A stretch of DNA of 64,000 bases from Hormiphora californensis (GCA_020137815.1 CM035359.1:5518001-5582000); one strand, 5' to 3'. Shown: positions 1-12,565, numbered from the stretch's first letter. The notes: generated from the sequence alone by a model not told the origin. A program made the numbers and translations.

Positions 1-1
1 T

Positions 2-1048
2 CCATCTGAGATGATAGCTCGTGATATCAGGGTGTGTAGAGCCGTTCAGAAACCAGGGGAGTTCATAATTACTGCTGCTAAATCGTACACCGCTTCATTC
101 AACCTCGGTCTAAATGTTGTGGAGTCTGTTAATTTCGCGGCTGAAAAGTGGCTAAACTGTACAGTTGATAGTGTAAGGTTGTATCAGGGCCACAGACTCC
201 GACCACCGGTTAATATTCCCGGGCTTGTTTGTGATGTGATGAAGCGACAGGACACGCTCAGTGAGAAGATGCTAAGGGAAGCAGAACCCTGCCTTACCGC
301 TTTGTTGCTTGAGGAGCTAGATTTGAGAAAGGAGGGAAAGTTACAGCGGGTCTCACCCGGTGGAGGGATTGGCAAAACAAGATATTGTGCAACCTGCCAT
401 GCTATCTGTCATTTTTCGTTTGCCACTGCTAAAACCAAGGACTCTCCAACATACTGCTTAGCCCACGCTGGACCTACTACCACCGTGTATTGTCTTCACA
501 GTGACGGGGACTTACGCGAACTTCTGGATCGACTTGAGAAACGTCTCCACCCTAAACGAAGCATCGTCCACCCGGTCCAAGCCCTGGCACGTTCAGTGTC
601 CCGTCCTAACCCCACTCCTACAACCCCGACCACTGCGGTAACAAGAACATCATCACCGGCTAGTGTTTGTCCTGCCTCACCAGCTGAAGAGGAGGCATTG
701 CGAGAGAATAAGGGAGGGCTGGATCTTCAACAAGTTACACAACCATCACAACAGGATACCCCTCTAGTCCCTCCCCCACAAGTTTCAGATGCTATCCAGC
801 CAAACAGCCTGGTGTTCATATCATCAACCTCAGCGTCTGTCTTTGGACCAACCACCCTAGCACGGCCCATCCCGATAAAACCAGCTCCGATTAACCCGTT
901 GAAACTCCTCCCCTCCCTTCTGGTGCACCCCCAACAACAAATGATACCGCCCGGTGCTGCTGCTGCTGCTGCTGCCGCGGCTGTAGCTGCTGCACGGTCT
1001 GCTGGCATTACACCTCCTGCCGCTCTCTGGGAGTGTTACCAACCATGA
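2..1048 (+). CDS. 3' part of a JmjC + C5HC2-zinc-finger protein (JARID2/KDM5 family); gene begins before the window
   Basis: VCRAVQKPGEFIITAAKSYTASFNLGLNVVESVNFA matches the JmjC C-terminus (KDM5 [35 protein letters not shown]). It is followed by CATCHAIC...YCLAH (degenerate C5HC2) and a Pro/Ala-rich tail. Confidence 0.8.
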   Translation, partial: PSEMIARDIRVCRAVQKPGEFIITAAKSYTASFNLGLNVVESVNFAAEKWLNCTVDSVRLYQGHRLRPPVNIPGLVCDVMKRQDTLSEKMLREAEPCLTALLLEELDLRKEGKLQRVSPGGGIGKTRYCATCHAICHFSFATAKTKDSPTYCLAHAGPTTTVYCLHSDGDLRELLDRLEKRLHPKRSIVHPVQALARSVSRPNPTPTTPTTAVTRTSSPASVCPASPAEEEALRENKGGLDLQQVTQPSQQDTPLVPPPQVSDAIQPNSLVFISSTSASVFGPTTLARPIPIKPAPINPLKLLPSLLVHPQQQMIPPGAAAAAAAAAVAAARSAGITPPAALWECYQP

Positions 1049-2818
1049 TTTGAGGTTCTATGAGGTTCTGTGAGGTTCTGTGAAAACATTTTATTGGACA
1101 ATTTCCAACCCCCGTGACTGAGTTAGTAAATCTAGTAACTTGATAAGGACTGTTTAAACGACAGACATATATTGAATTATACAACTGGATTTTTGATTTA
1201 TTATTATTACGACTGTGAAATTTTCTCTTGACTGACATCTGTGTGTGTTGTGTGTGTTTTTTGCCGCATTATGATGTGTATGTAGAATAATATAATTTGA
1301 GGGCCAGAAGTTGGAGTCAGGAGTGGAGAGAGAGTGTGTATGAGAGAAATAATGTGTGTGTGAGAGCTAGAGAGAGAGAAATATAGGAATTAGAGCTAGA
1401 AACGGAGATAGCAGGGAATCTGAAGCTGTGTTTTCGACCTTCTGCCAATTTTGAATTTAAAAAAGTCAAGAGGGAAATTAAGAGATAGATTTAGTGACTG
1501 TGAGAGAGAAAATGCAGAGAAAGTGAGATAATAATTATATTCGTTTATGAGTAAGAGAGAGAGAATATATGTATTCATTTATTTCAACGCCGTTTCTTTA
1601 AAGGGGTTTTTACAGCAATTTCTAATGAATAACATTATTTACACATTATCTTATTTTTTTGTTAGTTGAAAATTGGTTTAGAAGTTTTGTAGGTACAAAG
1701 TCCGCAAAAGATGAGCTTTTTCCAGGTTATATCACAACGATTTATTCTGTCCGTCTGTGTGTGTTAATATATGTATCTGTGTCATGTGTGTGTATGTAAA
1801 TTAATCCACTATGTATTTGGTTGCTTTTTTTCACAAAAGAATTGCTCCGTTTTTCTTTGTTTAACTGTTTCCTACAAAAGTTCGTTCTAAATTGAGCCAC
1901 TCCTCTCTCCTTTTCAGAGCTATGAAGAGCGTTACAAAAATGAGAGAAAGCACACACATCTATAAATCAGAGAAAGCATCAGGTGTTGACCCCCCTCAGA
2001 GTGGTTCCAGAAATGAGAAACATATTTTTAAACCCCAGAACGAACTTTTGTATGTTTTGTTGAGATAACATGTCTCTCGGAACTCCATGTTTGAACGCTT
2101 TTAAACACCATTTAAATGTTGAATATTGTTCGAATTGTCTTGTTTTTAATTTACAAAAGTAAAACATATGCTGTTTGAACTAAATTGGAGGGAAATTGTT
2201 CGCAATAATCGTATGTACATCTGTTGTGTCTTCATGTCAGAGTCCAGTGTGTGTTGCATCGTGTGCGACAGCCACATCCGGCTGAATCTATGCGCGCTCG
2301 CAAAATGCTCACAGGAATGCAATTGAATTTTGCAACGATTCCCAAGCAAACGAAACTGTCGTCAGCGCTCAGGGTGACTCTTGGGAATCAGGGCGCGCGC
2401 GCTGCAACCGTACTGCTGCAAGACACCCTGGATTTGTCTGTCCGTCTCTTGTTTGTCTGTCTGTTTATCACATCATCATCTGTTCCCAAACAAAATGAAA
2501 CGCACAATTTAAAATCAGGAGAAACTTTACAGAAGGTTGGTGTTGATATATTTACAAAACTACATTATATGTAAAACAGGTTCTCTTTATCTCTCAATCT
2601 ATTATTGTTCTTTTGTCGGTGTGCATGCAGGTTCTCCCCCCTCTTTTCCTATTGTGGGCGTGGCACTTCCTGTTGGGCAAATGGAGGAGGTTGAAGGAAC
2701 ATTAAGATAACAGAGTGGGGTACTGATGAGTATTCAATCAATTGTATTGCTAAACAAGTCCTAGTCAAAGTTGTATTGAATTTGAAGGGAAAGTCTGACT
2801 AGGACTAGTACTAGAGTA

Positions 2819-5800
2819 TCAAGGTGGTGGTGGAGTATCGAGGTATAACCAACCTGAAACGGTACTATCAGCCCGGGTAGCTGGTCGGCTGGCCATGATA
2901 AACCCGTCATCTCGATAATCCTTCCATTCCACTAGAGAGGCTGTCAGTCGTGGGGTGTTGTGAAGGATAGCAAGGGAGTAACTTTGGAGAGTGTTGTGTG
3001 ATCGAGCAATGGCCAGAGATATGTTCACTGAAAGAGAGGAGTTGGGGTTAGATTGGGTTTGAGGGGGTAAGAGGGGGATGTTTGAGGGGGTAAGAGGTGG
3101 AGGTTTGAGGGGGTAAGAGGTGGAGGTTACTGTTAGAGGTTGTTGAGTAAGGGGGACCCTTCCCCCTTACTCAACAAGTTAGAGGGGTTTTGGGGAGTTG
3201 GGTTTGGAATGGGATTCGCCGATTCGGGGGAGGACTGAGGTGGGACACTGGGACGAGGTTTAGGGGGAGGTTAGTTGTTTGGAAGTTCAAAGGAAGGCCC
3301 GGGCACCTGGATCGAATAGAATCATCATGGTATGGCGGTTGGTACGTTGAAAAAAAGGGACAGGGGGTGTCCAAAATTGTATGGAATTTTTTGGAAATTT
3401 TTGGCCACAATCCACAAATGATAATAGTATTGAAACCACAAACAATATAGCTCAAACAATTCCTAGGCTTCAAAAATATTTGCAAGGGACAGGTATCTGA
3501 CTAGAGAGTTCTTCAAACGATTCCTCTCAATATCGTTCTGTCTTTTTCAACTTCTCTCGGAATGCTAGTTCAGTGTTCACGATTCTACAGAGGGTGGGGG
3601 TGCTATTTTGCCCAAATAGTACGACATTGTCCCCTCAAAGGCTGCTCTGTGCTCCTCAACCTCCTCCACTGTTTCAACCTCTCCAGATTTTGTCCACTGC
3701 ATCGCCTCCTCACAGGTCCTAAAGATGGGGGAAATCAATAAATCTGTGAGAAATAAACATCCATGCAATGGCACATAGCTGAACTAATCGGAATTCTGAA
3801 CGCTAGGTGAGAGAGACTCTGCCCCCTCGTCAAATGTTCACCTGTTCGATGTTTGCTTTTCTTCTTTGTTCAATTTCCCAACAATTCGTTCTGGGTCTGT
3901 TACTTGGCTATGGTAATCTGAGATGTGGGCCCTGTAGTCCTGAAATGGAGTTACAGCGTGTTAAAACAATGTTTAATTAAGGGAGTATAGGGTGGGAGTA
4001 AAGCTAGAGGTTGGGAGTTGAGGGAGTATATTTAGAGACACGTGGAAACTGAAGAACTTAACAGAAATCACCTGAAGGGCGGCTGAGAGATCTAGTAGAT
4101 AAACAGTCGTTTCGTGACCATATCTAACTGCTATATCTCGAGGCGTTTCCCCTTTACTTGTTTCAAGACTGAAACATTGAACAACTAGAAGAATTGTGTA
4201 TCGTTGTTATCCTGCATTTTCGGAACATGTTCGTCTCAACACTGCACGCCGCAGACTGTACCAAACCCGGGCGAACAAGCTAACAATAGTGCAATTACAT
4301 GCGCGCGATGTACTATATCGCATGGAAGTTCACTATTGTTAGCTCGCTCACCCGGGCTAGCTCGTGCACCCGCGACACGCAATGCCGAGACGAACACGCT
4401 CCGAAAAGAGAGCATAACAAATCTAGTCAATCAAATCTCACTGTAGAGATATGGGAGAATTTGTTGGGGCTCTTGTTCTGTCTGTCAGGGCTTTCTGGCG
4501 TACCCCGCAGACCCCATCTGATCGCACTGTCAAATGGGGGTCTGGCGCCGCTAGAAAGGTCGGGGGTGTCATGGGCCACCAGACAGTTTTGTAACTTACG
4601 AGAGAGTAGCGCCATGATCAAGTAGACACTGAACTGACCCAATACGGCCCCAACTGGCAGCTTTATGAAGCGCTGTATATCCCTGCGGTAACGGGATAGA
4701 TAAAGACCTGGCGGTTAAGCATACTAGGACAGGGCGGCTGAATTGACAAATTGTCACACTTTCCATTTTCTGTGTAGTTATAGGGTACAACTTTGATCAA
4801 TGATATAAGCTGATGTGTACCTGTGGATCGGCTAGATTAACATCCACCTCCTCATTTTGAAGGAGCGCCGGAACAAGGGCAATTCGACCGAGAACTGACG
4901 CCTTTTCAAGGGGAGTCTGACCAAAGTCGTCACGAAACTGTAGATCTGGTTTCTGTGGCTCTGTCGCTTCTTCCGTTTGCTCTTGTTCGGGGTCTGGTTG
5001 CGGGTTACATAGAGAGTTGAAGAGCTCCTCCTTTTCGAAGATTAGGGCCTTTAAAATGTCGACATTTGAGGCAACCATTCTATACGGGGAAGTTTTTGAA
5101 TTAGAAAACCGAAATCGACATGTATTTTGTCTTGTTTACACTCTATCCTTAATTCTGTGAGATCAAGAGCCAAGGACGTGCGTTATTGGAATGCTAACGC
5201 AGCGCGCGCAGTTACTTTCTATAGGCGTAACTTTCTGTAACCATGGAGACGGAGAGAAAATAGTCATCACGTTATACCGATCAATGGACGACTGCTAAAC
5301 AATGAACTCTCGCCGGGAAACCCCCAGATTTTGGCGTGTAATTTTAAATTTAGTTTATAATTTCGTTGGTACGGGACATGGGCACGGATTTAAGAAAGGT
5401 AGGGATCAGTTTAGGATGTACAGCAGCTGCTTCGACTGCAAATAACACTTACTCAGTTGTAACCTTTCCTGATCATCTGTTTCCATGCTTTCTGCAGCCT
5501 TTTCGAAATACTCTACAGCGTGCCCGTAGTCACCCTGAAGAAATAAAACGTTCGAAACTTTACAGACTGTGAAATCTAAATAGAGTACTGACGTACCAGC
5601 ATATTGTACAAGTCGGCCAGGGAGCTGCACGCTTGCGAATACACCTCCTTGTTTCCCTGATCGTTTGCAATGTTGACAAATTCTTTGTAACTTTCCAGCG
5701 CTTCCTCGATCTTGCCCTCACTGAATGATAAGTTGATGTTAATTGCATCTGATGTTTATTGGCCCAAAGACCACTGTACCTGGTTTGACATCGACCAAGG

Positions 5801-7867
5801 GCCTCGTATGCTTTACCCATTCCAACTTTGTCCTTGTCCCTTTTGCATCGATCAAGATATCCTGAATAGAAACGAAGTTTAGTAAAATAAACCCTGATCA
5901 GTTGATCTCAAAACTTTTTCCATTGACCCGATCGCGATCCTAGATTGATCAGGCCGATCCACAACCCCAGAATCTTTCCCTACCCCACAATTCATACCTT
6001 TGTGGTACATCTTGGCCACTTGTGGATCACCGACTGCTTCGTAAATGTTTCCTAATCGATGGCTGGCCATTCCCGCTTCAGTTTTGTTACCACCTAAATA
6101 TCTCTAGTTGGTTCAGTTAGCTCTAAAAACGAAATAATATGTATGAACAAGTCTAGAAAGACCCAGTAAAATAAACACCAAGAACCCCAACCTTCTTTAG
6201 CCATCTGGTAGGCTTTCTTCAGGTATTCGATGGACAAGGGTGGGGATTCTTCGTAAACCTCTTCAGCTAGGCATGTGTACGTTTTGTAGAGCTGAAATGT
6301 GGTGTTAGGGTGGTTAGGGCATCTAGGTAGAAAATGGAAGGACTAAGAAAGATGAAGTGAGGCATGTGTGTAATGTGTCATGCACGCTGCTAACACACAA
6401 CGTGTTCTGAGATGTGAGAATCATCAGGAGACAGGAGGGAGCTAGTTCGATCGGGGAGAAAATGAGAGAAATATAGTGGTCCACGCTTCTATAATGAGTA
6501 TGGCGAACACCTTTTCAGTTTTATACCGACAGCAGACAGACAAAAATGAATATCAGCATGTTGGGTATAAAGCGAAAGGGAGAGAGAGGGGCGAAAGATA
6601 GGTAGGTAGATACAGGGAGAGAGAAAAAAGAGATAAAGAAGGAGAAAGAAAGATAAAGAAAGATATCTACCTGAATAGCGGCATTATCATGAAGGTGTTC
6701 TCCCTCCTTATTTTGCCAATCTTGGTCAGTTGTGAGCGTAAAAAACTTTTCCAAAAACTCAATAGCAGCCGATAAATCGCCTAAAATGATGGTCATTAGT
6801 TTTATCGCTAACATGATAAGTATTCTTCTCTGATCGGGCTATCTAGTATCTACCTACCTCGTTTTTCCAGTGCAACACCGATGTAAAAGTTAGCCTCAGC
6901 CTGTTTTCGTCCATCATCATCTACTTGATTACTTTCCGCCATACATCGCCCATGGAAGTGGTCAATGAGCCATTGGTCACTGGGAAACTGCTCAAAGTAG
7001 TGTGCCAACTCGAGGTACGCGTCATACGCTTTATCCGGTGCTCCTGGGGATTAGTTTTTGAAGTTGCACAGAAATATTGACCAATCATCGGGAAAACCGA
7101 TCCTTCTATGCAGTTCTAGATATAATATGGAAAGATATGGAAAGAACGACTTACCGCATCTCCTGGAATCTTCGGCAGCGATGAGTTTTGTTTTCAGAAA
7201 GTCTAACTTTTCATGCTGGTCTATCAACAACTGAACTTCAACGTCACCTGACTCTGAATCTGAAAAAAGAGAAAAATGAATTGGACTTCTGCACTGGGCA
7301 ATTATTGCGCCCTCCCCCCCCCCACCTTTTATTGGGGGCAGGGCTATGCAAAATACCAGGGTGAGTAGTTAAAAGTCATATATAGAATTACAACGAAATA
7401 ATACAGCTGTATTTAGGACATGATGGAAATCTTGTTGGAGCCCAAGTTCTACTGCGGTCATATAGAATTAACTAACCTGCACTCTTTATTTGCTCGTTCT
7501 GCTTGTCAAAGAGTTCAAATAGTTCAATAAAAGAGGAAACATAGCCGTCTTGCAAGATGGATAGAGATAGGTTGTGCTTGTAACTGTTCCTGTATCCGCT
7601 TACATCTGCTTTTTCTATCCCCGCTAACCTTCCGAGACTGAAAAAGAAGTTTTGTATCTTATACAAAGTTCAGAACTAATCTTTTTGATTATCTACAAAG
7701 AAAGAGAATCAAGTTAGTTACTCGTTATCTAACATATTTATCTAGTACCTCTGTCGTTTTGAGACGGTTGTCCGGCTCCTACCGCTCTTCTCACTCCGTC
7801 CACTTCTAAGGCTTGGAAGGGTTGTCTTCGAGCCAGAGTGGTTGACTGGTGGCAGCGTGGTTGTCAT
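2819..7867 (-). CDS. TTC29: Tetratricopeptide repeat protein 29 (multi-exon)
   Basis: Starts MTTTLPP at 7867. YRNSYKHNLSLSILQDGYVSSFIELF and TPR exons at 5450-7260 match TTC29. Donor GTAAGT at 5452 (phase 1) joins the acceptor at 3028 in frame, giving ...LQLMNISLAIARSH...LVEWKDYR, like the TTC29 C-terminus (GIAKAH...LLSWKESR). Confidence 0.85.
3577..5078 (-). CDS. ANKRD45: Ankyrin repeat domain protein 45-like (5 exons), nested in the last TTC29 intron
   Basis: Exons give DDFGQTPLEKASVLGR, GYTALHKAASWGRIGSVQCLLDHGA, GETPRDIAVRYGHETTVYLL, VTDPERIVGKLNKEEK and TCEEAMQW...*. Two ankyrin repeats plus the VTD..GKL.KE.K tail typical of ANKRD45; canonical GT-AG introns. Confidence 0.75.
5237..5250. 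promoter_or_regulatory. RFX X-box-like motif upstream of nested ANKRD45
   Basis: GTAACCATGGAGAC (reverse complement GTCTCCATGGTTAC), a 14-bp imperfect palindrome about 160 nt upstream of the ANKRD45 ATG. Confidence 0.5.
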
Positions 7868-8183
7868 AGCAATCTATAACACGCTAATCCATCGTCTACA
7901 CATACAGAACAGAGTTTAGATTAGGGGCGAGTAGAATGGGAACATAGAATGGGGGTGGGGTAGTTAGCGGGAGGAGGGAAGTTTAGAGGAGTTGTGATTT
8001 TCGAGTAAAACGAAGCTATGCTAGAATTCTAATTACATTGCATGAGAAACAATCGGAGTGCAATTCAGAAAAATAAACGATTAGATCTGGCCAGGATACA
8101 GTTCTCAACTCACTATTCCTATCAAATATATACCACTCTTTCCCCAGCCCTTCCAATAAATAAAAGATGAGATTGTTATAAAA

Positions 8184-9956
8184 TCAACTAGGATAGGAAA
8201 CAGCAAAATAGTTGTGACCCTCACTATAAAAGCAGTCATAAGAACAGAGGCATGCCCGGATCGGAATGTTCCCCGCCTTGTTGTTCAACTTTAGTTCACT
8301 TTTAGCATTAACGAAATGAACGCACTCTAACCACGAGTAGAGATATGACTGTTCACAAACGACACACTTCTTGGCGTCTTTTAGAGCGTTCAGGATGTCG
8401 GGACGAAGTGTAGCTGATTTGCGGAGGGTGGAGTTCCGATCTTTGAAAGATACGAGAATCATACGGGCACACAGTTCCTGAAATTATAACAATATTGTAC
8501 TCTTAGGTACCGGCAGTGGGTACTGTCAGTGGAGCCGAAATAGAATAACTGGGCAAAAACGAAACCACAATTATATATTGCAATGATTCATTTTATACCT
8601 TGAGATACAAAACATCATTAACATTCTGACTCAATACTGGGAGATGTTCCAACAGGGGATTTTCGTCGCAATGAAGCTCCTTTAGGGCACAATGGTAGAT
8701 TCCTTCGGGAAACATTGTTATTAGGTTGCAACTCACGTCCAGTACCTGAAATAATAAAGTTAATCAGCTAACTTGCTCGTACCTTGTTTTTCATCTCTGA
8801 TCTCCCCAGATATAGGTCAGTACAACAATGTTTTGTACAAAAACTTGGAAAAACTTTAGACATGGATTTGGACTATTCCTTTAAAAAGAACTGGAAACTT
8901 ACCTGCAAACTCTGACAGTGCCCAATTTCGTCTGGGATTTCCGAGATTTCATTCTTGTACACAAACAACTTCTTAAGATTTCTCAAGTACCCCAACTCTC
9001 GTGGTAACTCCTTGATTCTGTAACATTGTGGCATTGAGAAACAAGTTAATAAAAGCAACTGTTAGATTCTAACAAACAATTCTTTTCCTCGATCCAGCCT
9101 CCAGACGGGCTTGGATTCCAAGAAATGTTTATCACCCTGGATATACCTGTTATTTCCTAGATGAAGCTCAGTTATCTCTAAACAAGACAAGATATCCCGG
9201 GGAATCGTAGTGACAAGATTCCTCTCCATGCAAAGGACTTGCAAGCTTTTCATCCCTCGTATCTGATTTGGACAAACAATTTAGTTTTCGTTACAATGAT
9301 ACACGATAAGATTTAGTAGATGCATCTACCCCACTTTTAAGGAAAATCTGATACATCTAGATGCTAATAAAATGTTAGATAAAAAACACACCTCAGGAGG
9401 AATCTGGTCGATATTATTATTGTTAGCATTTAGTATTCTACAACTAACGAGCCTCTCAACCACAGCTCCGGTCAGCTCTTTTAGTTGGTTGTTGAAGATG
9501 TGGAGGGTATCTATGTGGGGGAGACATCCCAAAACCAGAGGTAGGTACTCAAAATGGTTGTTGCCAAGGTTCACCAGCTGAAGATCTGCAATCAGTGATT
9601 GGAAGAGAGGGGACGAGGAACAGGGTGGAAAAGTCTAAAAGAGATAGGGAGTGAGAGGACGAGAAAGAGACTGGAAGAGTCAATATGATAGGAGAGTCGA
9701 AGAAATATTAAATTTTGATGAGGTAAAAAGTAGTAAATGTGGGGATGTAAAAAGGTAGAACTTTAATTTTGTACATACCTTTCAAGTTTTCAAGTTCATA
9801 CGGAAGTTCTTTTAGCTTGTTGTTTTTCAAAATCAGCTGCCGGGCACTAACAACTTTGCAAAGGAGAGGAGGGATAGTAGAGAGGGATTTGTTGCATATT
9901 GTCACAGATTTAGAGTTCCCTCGAACAGCGTTAAGTAGGGACGTATCTGCAGGCAT
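8184..9956 (-). CDS. LRRC69: Leucine-rich repeat protein 69 (multi-exon)
   Basis: Successive LRR exons, plus the C-terminal KKCVVC..YLYSWLECVHFV...IPIRACLCSYDCF motif diagnostic of LRRC69. Confidence 0.8.
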
Positions 9957-10463
9957 CTCTTGACATAGTACCCCCTAGGATGTCATGGAGCTAGATAGAG
10001 AGGAGGGGGATGGATAGATTATAGAGGGGAGGGATAAATCATAGAAGGTATAGGGGAGGGGGGATAGACCATAGAGGGAGGGGGTGGATAGATAGATATA
10101 TTATAGAGGGGAGGGGTTAATAGATGGACTATTATAGAGGTAGGGTTGGGGAGAGGTAGGGGTGTAGTGGAGTGGAGAAGGGGAGTGGTAAAGGGATAGG
10201 AGGTAGTGGGAAGGAAGGTGGAAGAGTACAAAATATAAAACTACAGCAACAAATTTAAAGTTCTCAATGAAGCAATTTCTCCAATTTATACACTTGTGTA
10301 CATTAAACTTTTTTACAAACATATAATTTCTCAGTTTATTTTTGTGCATCTTCACACGCATGACGAGAGTTCTCTCTCACAACACACAAACACACACAGT
10401 ACACTACACAGCAGCTTCAGCACATTATATCACGTGATATATCACATGACACGCATTGTCTGA

Positions 10464-11930
10464 TTATTTGATCGGTGGTAACTTCTGTTTTCCTCCACTC
10501 CCATTGCTTCCCGAGGGCCGGGGAACGAGACCAAGATCTCCAAGTCGATAATGGCTGATTTTCTTTGGATCGATCAACTGTGAGGGAATGGTGGCACTCA
10601 GTTTTCCTGATTGGGATGTTTTTCCAATGCTGTGTTCGGTGACAATGTCCCTTGGAATGCCCTCCGAAGGCAGTCCAGCCGCTGCGAGAAGGGTAAGAAG
10701 GGTGTGGAAAAGTTTCTCACGATCAACCGGATCTTCACCATCACTTTCTGCCGAACTTTTCACCTTTTCAGCTATATCATCTGGTGTCACCTGCAGAGCA
10801 ACTTGGATACCAAAAGCTGCTTCGAAGATAATCTTGGACAATTTGTTGACCTTGGACTTGTTGTCCCGGAGCTCCTCGCATTTCTTTGAGTAAGCCTGCT
10901 CGAATTCCATCTTACTCATTTTCTTATCCTCCAGATCAATCTCCACATCAGATAATTGGGACTCCAAAAGAGCAACTCTCTGAGCCATATCCGAATGATC
11001 ATCCTCCATGATTCGATACTCATCTACCGATTCCTCCAACTTTTTGATCTTTTCCAGTAGCATGTTGATCATTTTCTGACAGGTGTTGTTCTTTTTCGCT
11101 AGCTCCTTTTCGTTGTCTTCCAGCATGTTGATTGTTTGCTGCTGCTTTTTGTCCTTCAACCGTAGATCATCGTTCTCCTTGATCAGATCAATCGTTTTTT
11201 CTGACATTTTAGCGAGTTGTGCGTTGATAGACACATTCTCCCGAATGGTTCTCTTGGTTGTCTCGGCCATCTGTTTGTTGGAAACTTTCCTGAACTCTGC
11301 AGCCACTGTATTAACACGAGCTGTCATTTCCTTTTTAAGACGATCACGGTTTTGAACCTCCTTTCGCTCAAGGTTGTACACTGCATCATTGTGTCCACCT
11401 CTCTCCTTTTCCAGAAGCTCTTCCATAGCTTTAAACTTACCTTCCAACTCCTCCTTGTTTTGCCTAAAATCTTCGAGTTGCTCCAGCTTTCCATTAATCA
11501 GCATGTTTTCTGAAGTTAGCTGGTCCTTGGTCTCCTGGGCTTCTGTTTTCAGCTGTGTGATCTGGAGCTCGTAGGAGTCCTTTTCAGCGTCTTTAGCCTG
11601 TTGAAGGCTGATAAGCTTTTCTTGCAAATCGGCTACTTCATCACCCATCTGCTCCAGCTTTTTCTTCAAAAAGGCGACAATCTCTTTTTTGTCTTGTGTC
11701 TGCTTTTCATAGTTCTTTTGAAGATCTTTGTTTTCGATTTCAAGCTGATCGCATTTCTTCTGATACCGGTCAAGCCGCTTTTCTAAATCATTTATCTGGA
11801 TAATGTAAAATTCTTTCTGAAGTTCAGTTATAGTTTCTTTCTTATGCCCATTTTCCTCAGAGCCAGACTTCTTTCCTTTCTTCCCGCCCTTCTTCTTTCC
11901 GCTTTTCTTGCCCTTTTTCTTGGGCGGCAT
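10464..11930 (-). CDS. CFAP157: Cilia- and flagella-associated protein 157, single-exon CDS, 488 aa
   Basis: KEFYIIQINDLEKRLDRYQKKCDQL, KKEIVAFLK, QETKDQLTSEN and VAAEFRKVSNKQMAETTKRTIREN match CFAP157; coiled-coil composition. Confidence 0.9.
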   Translation of the reverse strand: MPPKKKGKKSGKKKGGKKGKKSGSEENGHKKETITELQKEFYIIQINDLEKRLDRYQKKCDQLEIENKDLQKNYEKQTQDKKEIVAFLKKKLEQMGDEVADLQEKLISLQQAKDAEKDSYELQITQLKTEAQETKDQLTSENMLINGKLEQLEDFRQNKEELEGKFKAMEELLEKERGGHNDAVYNLERKEVQNRDRLKKEMTARVNTVAAEFRKVSNKQMAETTKRTIRENVSINAQLAKMSEKTIDLIKENDDLRLKDKKQQQTINMLEDNEKELAKKNNTCQKMINMLLEKIKKLEESVDEYRIMEDDHSDMAQRVALLESQLSDVEIDLEDKKMSKMEFEQAYSKKCEELRDNKSKVNKLSKIIFEAAFGIQVALQVTPDDIAEKVKSSAESDGEDPVDREKLFHTLLTLLAAAGLPSEGIPRDIVTEHSIGKTSQSGKLSATIPSQLIDPKKISHYRLGDLGLVPRPSGSNGSGGKQKLPPIK

Positions 11931-12057
11931 GACACCTAAGAAAATATCGGATTTGTAAATAAATTAGCAGGATGGACAAATATGGCAAATTTACGAATTG
12001 GAAAACGGTTCTGTCCCATGATTCTCGTCAAAATCACGAGAAAACAACTTTTTCGTT

Positions 12058-12565
12058 GGCATACGTTGCAGGCCCCTTATAATATAATATAAGGGGCCTG
12101 GAGGGAATACCGCGCTAGGGGGGAATACATTATCAATCATATCTCCGGTTCCAGATAAGGTACAGAAATCGTTTTGGTAGCGTTGGAAAGAGGAAGATAA
12201 CAGCTTTCAAATGCAACCGGTTTCAGGTCTCTATCTTATCAGGAACAGGAGATATTAACCAAACTCCGCAAAATCGAGTGCGGTAAAATAAAAAAATTCG
12301 AGATTTTAATTAAAATTTGAAACAAAGTGTCCCTGCAGGGACCTGTGACGTCACTTTTTGAAAACAACCAATTTTTGAACGGCTATTGCTCAGCGTCCTC
12401 AAGTCCAATTAACTTCTCTCAAAAACAGCAAGGTAGATAATTGTCAGATCTAACAGCTAGTGAAAGAATCAAGCAAAACGGACTTTAGGGGCCAAAGTTA
12501 TAAGCACCGCCGTTTTCAGGCCCCTTGCGGGGGTGCGCGCATGAGGGGGCTGCAGCGCATTCCAA
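12058..12565 (+). repeat. Dispersed repeat (non-autonomous transposon fragment); second copy at about 29401-29965
   Basis: Near-identical ggcatacgttgcaggccccttataatataatataaggggcctg...gcagcgcattccaa occurs at both loci; internally deleted short version at about 29276-29345. Confidence 0.8.

Noticed and set aside
10588-11786. Plus-strand ORFs overlapping CFAP157
   Set aside because: Antisense shadows of a coiled-coil CDS, with no recognisable motifs.
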